DNA of 63,138 bases, the filler included, from Octopus bimaculoides (Eukaryota): NCBI RefSeq assembly GCF_001194135.2. It is 10 parts of 9 records of this genome, joined end to end, with 100 filler letters (N's around TTAATTAATTAA, not from the genome) between each part and the next. Parts side by side here need not be neighbours in the genome. Positions count along the whole stretch, not along the records: positions 60,562 to 61,918 come from NC_068985.1; positions 62,019 to 63,138 come from NW_026329639.1; 8 more parts are not named here. One strand, 5' to 3'. Shown piece by piece: positions 60,973 through 63,138 of this stretch. The notes beneath the pieces are model-generated. The model worked only from the letters and a program-made list of their open reading frames with translations. It had not been told where the DNA came from and searched no databases. The translations under genes and the position numbers were made by a program. Position 1 is the first letter of the stretch; every line of letters starts with the position of its first letter.

Positions 60973-61186
60973 CACCGAAAAGACTAAATTAAAAATATCC
61001 GCTACATCAATGCCTGTATACGCGGCCAATATCCCCAGTCATAAACAGAACCGAGATCAGTGAAAAAGTTATTTATTTATAATTCTACCTTTACGGTGCA
61101 TTATTTCGCTGGAAAATAATATTATTGTACTGTAATAACATTTATATTTATATATAATTCCCCTTTTTATTTGTTAATCTTTTCAG

Positions 61187-61338
61187 AAAAACCAAAATTT
61201 CAAGTGCTACCAAGAAACACCACAGCCTACGAGGGGCGTCGTGTCATGCTGCATTGTGTCGCGATTGGTGACCCCAAACCGTCCGTCTGGTGGGATAAAA
61301 ATGGTGAAGCGAACACGTGGGACTTAGCGAGATTCGAG
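61187..61338 (+). CDS. PTK7: Immunoglobulin I-set exon, PTK7/off-track-like receptor
   Basis: ttttcag|AA KPKFQVLPRNTTAYEGRRVMLHCVAIGDPKPSVWWDKNGEANTWDLARFE|gtaaat; C.A.GDPKP...W as in the last Ig domain of PTK7/Otk. The exon is secure, the orthology less so. Confidence 0.65.
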
Positions 61339-63138
61339 GTAAATGATTTCATGAGTTGGTTAATGTGAATGTTTATATACATACATGTCTGTCTGTGTGT
61401 ATGTATGTCTGTATGCATGTATGTATGTATAATTTACATGGGAATGAGTGACCCTTCCTCATGTAAAGGTCTACACAACTTCATCAGGCAGTCTGATGAC
61501 GGTGAGCAAGCCGAAACTTCTTCGTTTGAAATTTTAATAAAGTTGTACTCTGCTACAGACATTAAGTAATCCTTCAGTTTAATGTTAAAGTGGTTTTTAT
61601 ACATATTTCGACACAAAATCAAGTGTTGATATTACTTGCAAATATGTATGCATGCATGTGTATATTTAGAAAATCCTTAGATGGAGCCGAGAGCACTACA
61701 GTATATATAATGCTTGTGTCATTTTAATATCCTGTGCAATCAGGATATAATGTACATGTACAAAAAACGAAAAGAGAAGGAGCTACATTTTCACATGTTG
61801 GGAAACAAACAAAATTATTATAAGTACATATATCTCGGAAGAGAGCATATCGAAATAGAAAAAATAAATAAAAAAAAAAAACATGGGGAAATCATAGCAT
61901 AAAAGGGACTATACAAACNNNNNNNNNNNNNNNNNNNNNNNNNNNNNNNNNNNNNNNNNNNNTTAATTAATTAANNNNNNNNNNNNNNNNNNNNNNNNNN
62001 NNNNNNNNNNNNNNNNNNTATATATATATATATATGTATGTATACCTATTGTATCGTTTCTCTAACATTAAAAGTAAAAGTATGTTTGGTTGGTTCAAAA
62101 CGAAAATATGTTAGATGCCAGAGTAATCTGTCGACACATAGATAAATGCATTTAATAGAAAGCAATTTTGTACTAAATTATACGTTACCCATTTGAGAAA
62201 TGAATACAACAAATACTTTGCAACTATTACAAGTGACAGTTAACGTATTTGAAGAGATATAAGTGTGAAGTGACAAGAAAACAGAAAGAAACATATTTTA
62301 CCAGTAATAATTCTAGAAAAACATTTTATGTTGGTGTAAATAGAAAACTCTGTGTTTTACTATCTGACAAATGCTGTAAAATATAAAAAAGAATATTACT
62401 TTTATTTAATCGCGAAACAGATTTTAAAGTCGCAATCTTAGCCTGCGGATATATTTCTAGTAGGAGTATGATCACAATCGAAAGTGTATAATCTCAAATA
62501 AGTTGATATATTACTTATTTCTGGGGCTATATAAAATCACCTGTTCTCTTGTGCATTATGGCTCTAATAAAATATAATTAATTATACATAAAACACCAGT
62601 CTGCAGAACTTGGAACAATAAAACAGGAAGTACAATGCAATATCATCATATGTTCTAGCTTTAATGTATTTAAAAATGCCAGTTTCGAATGATGCACTTC
62701 TTTACTAAATCATTTCTAAGTGAGACAAGTAGTTACGGCATCACACTAGTCGAGCACTTATTTCAATCTGTAGGTTTACTTAACACATTTTCCCAAGCTA
62801 TTTTAATTTTCGACCATTTTTAGAACCCATTGTTACCCAGTAGAATTTCGTTTTAGTTAGAAATTATATTCACTTAATTACTTGTCAGGTAGCCAAATGA
62901 CACTAATCATCCCCAGCAGCTACAGTGGGTATCCTTAAATTAATTGCAATGTGATAACACAGCATGAGTATAGGAATCTTCTTTTAAGAATGCCAATGTA
63001 TTTCCAACATAGTTTGCCACAAATAATCACTCTAACCGTGTTAAAATTATTCAGTTTAAGCTCTAAAATGTGCGTAAATTCAAATAGGCTCTGTTGCGTA
63101 AATTCGCACAACTTTCAGATGCGAGAATTAGTATTCAA

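Overview
Repeat-dense, gap-rich animal genomic window, most likely Octopus. This rests on SINE/LINE repeats resembling those I recall from octopus, very high microsatellite load, and 100-bp unsized gap spacers (44 N + TTAATTAATTAA + 44 N); the species is an inference. Most ORFs in the supplied track are microsatellite or N artefacts. Host coding sequence I can support: (i) the terminal exon of a heparan-sulfate 3-O-sulfotransferase (minus, 31436-32057); (ii) five phase-compatible exons of the eIF4G MIF4G domain (minus, 41579-46331); (iii) one Ig I-set exon resembling PTK7/off-track (plus, 61187-61338). The rest is decayed mobile DNA: RTE, Tx1/L1-like, restriction-like-endonuclease (R4/Dong-type) and Penelope retroelements, DD37D (maT), mariner and Tigger/pogo transposons, and several SINE families. 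The most interesting signal is absent from the ORF track: four minimal type I hammerhead ribozyme motifs with palindromic helix III (22603-22651, 38129-38174, 60726-60780, 60897-60972) plus degenerate copies. One lies in the tail of a tRNA-derived SINE, one in a highly structured duplicated element, and two form a same-strand pair 173 nt apart. Together with a decayed Penelope ORF, this suggests a Penelope-dependent SINE/retrozyme system. Also notable are microsatellite-targeted retroelements in (TAA)n and (CATA)n, and a 104-bp structured tandem array built from a dispersed repeat's 3' end. All calls were made by eye; transposon boundaries are approximate (tens of bp).
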